Assembly (NCBI GenBank): GCA_036785375.1
Contig: JAWMAR010000076.1
Span: 7,998,001-8,062,000 of the forward strand
Length of the DNA: 64,000 nucleotides
Direction of reading: 5' to 3'
Source: Leucoraja ocellata
Lineage: Eukaryota
A program made the position numbers and the translations under genes. Positions 60,250 through 64,000 of the stretch are shown piece after piece (the stretch's first letter is position 1; each line of letters starts with the position of its first letter). Under the pieces are notes generated by a model. The model saw only the letters and a list, made by a program, of their open reading frames with translations. It had not been told where the DNA came from and did not search any database.

Positions 60250-63200
60250 ATAACATAACATATAACCATATAACAATTACAGCACGGAAACAGGCCATCT
60301 CGGCCCTACTAGTCGGTGCCGAACAACTTTTTTGCCTTAGTCCCACCTGCCTACACTCATACCATAACCCTCCATTCCCTTCTCATCCATATGCCTATCC
60401 AATTTATTTCCAAATTATACCAACGAACCTGCCTCCACCACTTCCACTGGAAGCTCATTCCACACCGCTACCACTCTCTGAGTAAAGAAGGAACTCATGT
60501 TACCCCTAAACTTCTGTCCCTTAATTCTGAAGTCATGTCCTCTTGTTTGAATCTTCCCTATTCTCAAAGGGAAAAGCTGATCCACATCTACTCTGTCTAT
60601 CCCTCTCATCATTTTAATGACCTCTATCAAGTCCCCCCTTAACCTTCTGCACTCCAGAGAATAAAGACCTAACTTATTCAACCTTTCTCTGCGACTTAGT
60701 TGTTTAACTCCAGGCAACATTCTAGTAAATCTCCTCTATACTCTCTCTATTTTGTTGACATCCTTCCTATAATTGGGTGACCAAAATTGTACACCATACT
60801 CCAGATTTGGTCTCACCAATGCCTTGTACAATTTTAACATTACATCCCAGCTTCTATACTCAATGCTCTGATTTATAAAGGCTAGCATACCAAAAGCTTT
60901 CTTTACCACCCTATCTATATGAGATTCCACCTTCAAGGAACTATGCACGGTTATTCCCAGATCCCTCTGTTCAACTGTATTCTTCAATTCCCTACCATTT
61001 ACCATGTACGTCCTATTTTGATTTGTCCTGCCAAGGTGTAGCACCTCACATTTATCAGCACTAAACTCCATCTACCATCTTTCAGCCCATTCTTCCAAAT
61101 GGTCTAAATCACTCTGTAGATTTTGGAAATCCTCTTCATTATCCACAACACCCCCTATCTTGGTATCATCTGCATACTTACTAATCCAATTTACCACACC
61201 TTCATCCAGATCATTGATGTACACGACAAACAACAAAGGACCCAACACCGATCCCTGAGGCACCCCACTAGTCACCTGCTTCCAACCCGACAAACAACCA
61301 TCCACCATTACCCTCTGGCTTCTCCCATTCAGCCACTGTTGAATCCATCTTGCTACTCCTGCATTTATACCCAACAGTTGAACCTTCTTAACCAACCTTC
61401 CATGAGGAACCTTGTCAAAGGCCTAACTAAAGCCCATATAGACAACATCCACTGCTTTACCCTTATCAATTTCCCTAGTAACCTCTTCAAAAAATTCAAG
61501 AAGAATAGTCAAACATGACCTTCCAGGCACAAATCCATGCTGACTGTTCCTAATCAGACCCTGTTTATCCAGATGCTTATATATATTATCTCTAAGTATC
61601 TTTTCCATTAATTTCCCCACCACTGAACTCCAACTAACAGGCCTATAATTGCTAGGTTTACTCTTAGAACCCTTTTTAAACAATGGAACAACATGCGCAG
61701 TACGCCAATCCTCGGGGACTTTTCCCGTTTCTAATGACATTTGAAATATTTCTGTCATAGCCCCGGCTATTTCTACACTAACTTCCCTCAATGTCCTAGG
61801 GAATATCCTGTCAGGACCTGGAGACTTATCCACTTTTATATTTTTCAAAAGTATCAGTACTTCTTTTACTTTGAAACTCATAGTATCCATAGCTACTCTA
61901 CTAGTTTCCCTTACCTCACATAATTCAATATCTTTCTCCTTGGTGAATACCGAAGAAAATAAATTGTTCAATATCTCCCCCATCTCTTTTGGCTCTGCAG
62001 ATAGCTGTCCACTCTGTCTCTCCAATGGACCAATTTGATCCCTCGTTATCCTTTTGCTATTAATATAGCTGTAGAAACCCTTTGGATTTACTTTCACCTT
62101 ACTTGCCAAAGCAACCTCATGTGTTCTTTTAGCTTTTCTAATTTCTTTCTTAAGATTCTTTTTACATTCCTTATACTCCTCAAGCACCTAATTTACTTCA
62201 TGCTGCCTATAATTATTGTAGACCTCCCTCTTTTTCCGAACAAGATGTCCAATTTCCCTTGAAACCCAGGGCTCTTTCCAATTTTTACTGGTTCCTTTCA
62301 ACCGAACAGGAACATAAAGATTCTGTACTCTTAAAATTTCCTCTTTAAATGTCCTCCATTTCTCTTCTACATCCTTCCCATAAAACAAAATGTCCCAGTT
62401 CACTCCTTTTAAATCATTTCGCATCTCATCAAAGTTAGCCTTTCTCCAATCAAAAATCTCAACCCTAGGTCCAGTTCTGACCCTCTCCATAATTATATTG
62501 AAACTAATGGTATTGTGATCACTGGACCCGAAGTGTTCCCCAACGCATACCTCCGCCACCTGTCCCGTCTCATTTCCTAACAGGAGGTCCAACACTGCCC
62601 CTCCTCTAGTAGGTACCTCTATGTATTGCTGCAAAAAACTATCCTGCGCACATTTTACAAACTCCAAACCATCCAGCCCATTTACCGAATGTGTTTCCCA
62701 GTCTATGTGTGGAAAGTTGAAATCTCCCACAATCACTACTTTGTGCTTACTACTAATATCTGCTATCTCCTTACATATTTGCTCTTCCAATTCTTGATCC
62801 CCATTTGGCGGTCTATAATACACCCCTATAAGTATTGCCACCCCTTTCCCACTTCTCAGTTCCACCCAAATAGCCTCCCTAGATGAGCCCTCCAATCTAT
62901 CCTGCAAAAGCACTGCTGTAATATCTTCCCTGACTAGTAATGCAACACCTCCACCTCTTGCCCCTCCAATTCAATCACACCTGAAGCACCGAAATCCTGG
63001 AATATTTAGTTTCCAATCACAGCCCTCCTGCAACCATGTTTCACAACATCATACTTCCAGGTGTCTATCCAGACTCTAAGCTGATCCACCTTTCTTACAA
63101 TGCTCCTAGCATTAAAATATGCACATTTAAGAAACCCCCCGCCTCTTATTCTCTATTTATTTCCTTTTTTTTCTTTCTCCTCTTGTGCCCGAGTGCTTCC

Positions 63201-64000
63201 CTTTTCTGCTTCCTGCCTCCCATTCTGTCTACTAGCTTTCTCTATTTGAGTCCCTCGCCCCAACCATTCTAGTTTAAAGTCCCCCCAGTAGCCTTTGCAA
63301 ATTTCCCTGCCAGGATATTGGTCCCCCTCGGGTTCAAGTGCAACCTATCCTTTCTGTACAGGTCCCACCTTCCCCAAAAGAAGTTCCAATGATCCAGAAA
63401 CTTGAATCCCTGCCCTCTGCACCAGTCTTTCAGCCACGCATTTATCCTCCACCTCGCTCCATTCCTACTCTCACTGTCGTGTGGCCCAGGCAGTAATCCT
63501 GAGATTGTTACGTTTTTGGTCCTTTTCCTTAACTCTCCTCCCAACTCCCTAAATGCTCCCTTCAGGACCTCTTACCTTTTTTTACCTATGTCATTGGTAC
63601 CTATATGTACCACAACCTCAGGCTCCTCTCCCTCTGATTTCAGGATATCTTGAACGCGTTGAGACACGTCCGAGACCTTGGCACCAGGGAGGCAGACCAC
63701 CATCCTGATCTCCCGACTGCGTCCACAGAATCACCTATCCGACCCCCTAACAATAGAGTCCCCAATTACTATTGCCCTCTTCTTTTTGTCCCTACCTTCA
63801 GGAGCAACAGGGCCGGTCTCTGTGCTGGAGGCCCATCCGCTCTCGCTACCCCCGGGCAGGCTGTCACCCCCATCTGTACTCAAACAGGAGTACTTATTTG
63901 CAAGGTGTACCGACATTGGAGTACTCACTCGTCCCTGCCTCTGCCCCTTGTCCTTCCTTAACGTGACCCACATGTCTCTCTCCCGTGGTTTTGGAGTGAC
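60250..64000 (-). mobile_element. Long CR1/HER1-type LINE, decayed (ORF1 SGNH esterase, APE endonuclease, RT)
   Basis: IVIGDSIVRG and LHLNPRG (esterase); VYYRPP, GDFNFP, SDHN (APE); VPQGSVLGP and YADD (RT); premature stops; short-repeat tail near 60250. Confidence 0.93.

Noticed and set aside
60415-62913. CR1 ORF2 broken by four in-frame stops, all TAG, without frameshift
   Set aside because: Each is one substitution from the expected CAG/AAG/GAG codon; ordinary decay is simpler than read-through.

Overview
Repeat-rich vertebrate genomic DNA, most likely from a cartilaginous fish (skate/ray-like; inferred from HE1-type V-SINEs and CR1/HER1 LINEs). One host gene can be assembled by hand on the + strand (14353-46343) with GT-AG junctions and an unbroken frame. 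It has six tandem Ig V-set exons, each with a germline-fused J-like GxGT/SxLxV end and no RSS. These are followed by a transmembrane exon with no charged residue in the membrane span and three cytoplasmic exons carrying PVYSTV, an ITIM (ILYADI) and an ITSM (TEYAAI). The predicted product is about 811 aa plus an unlocated leader: a SIRP/NITR/PD-1-like inhibitory receptor built only from VJ-type domains. Two V domains were gained by a ~7.15 kb intragenic tandem duplication, and each copy then took its own insertions: a near-intact 4.8 kb DIRS retrotransposon, a Penelope derivative and a CR1. The rest of the window holds a second decayed DIRS, CR1, Rex1/Babar and Penelope fragments, V-SINEs, a GC-rich non-coding repeat family, a 46/48-bp minisatellite and a CT tract. 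Coordinates were read by eye and repeat boundaries are approximate.
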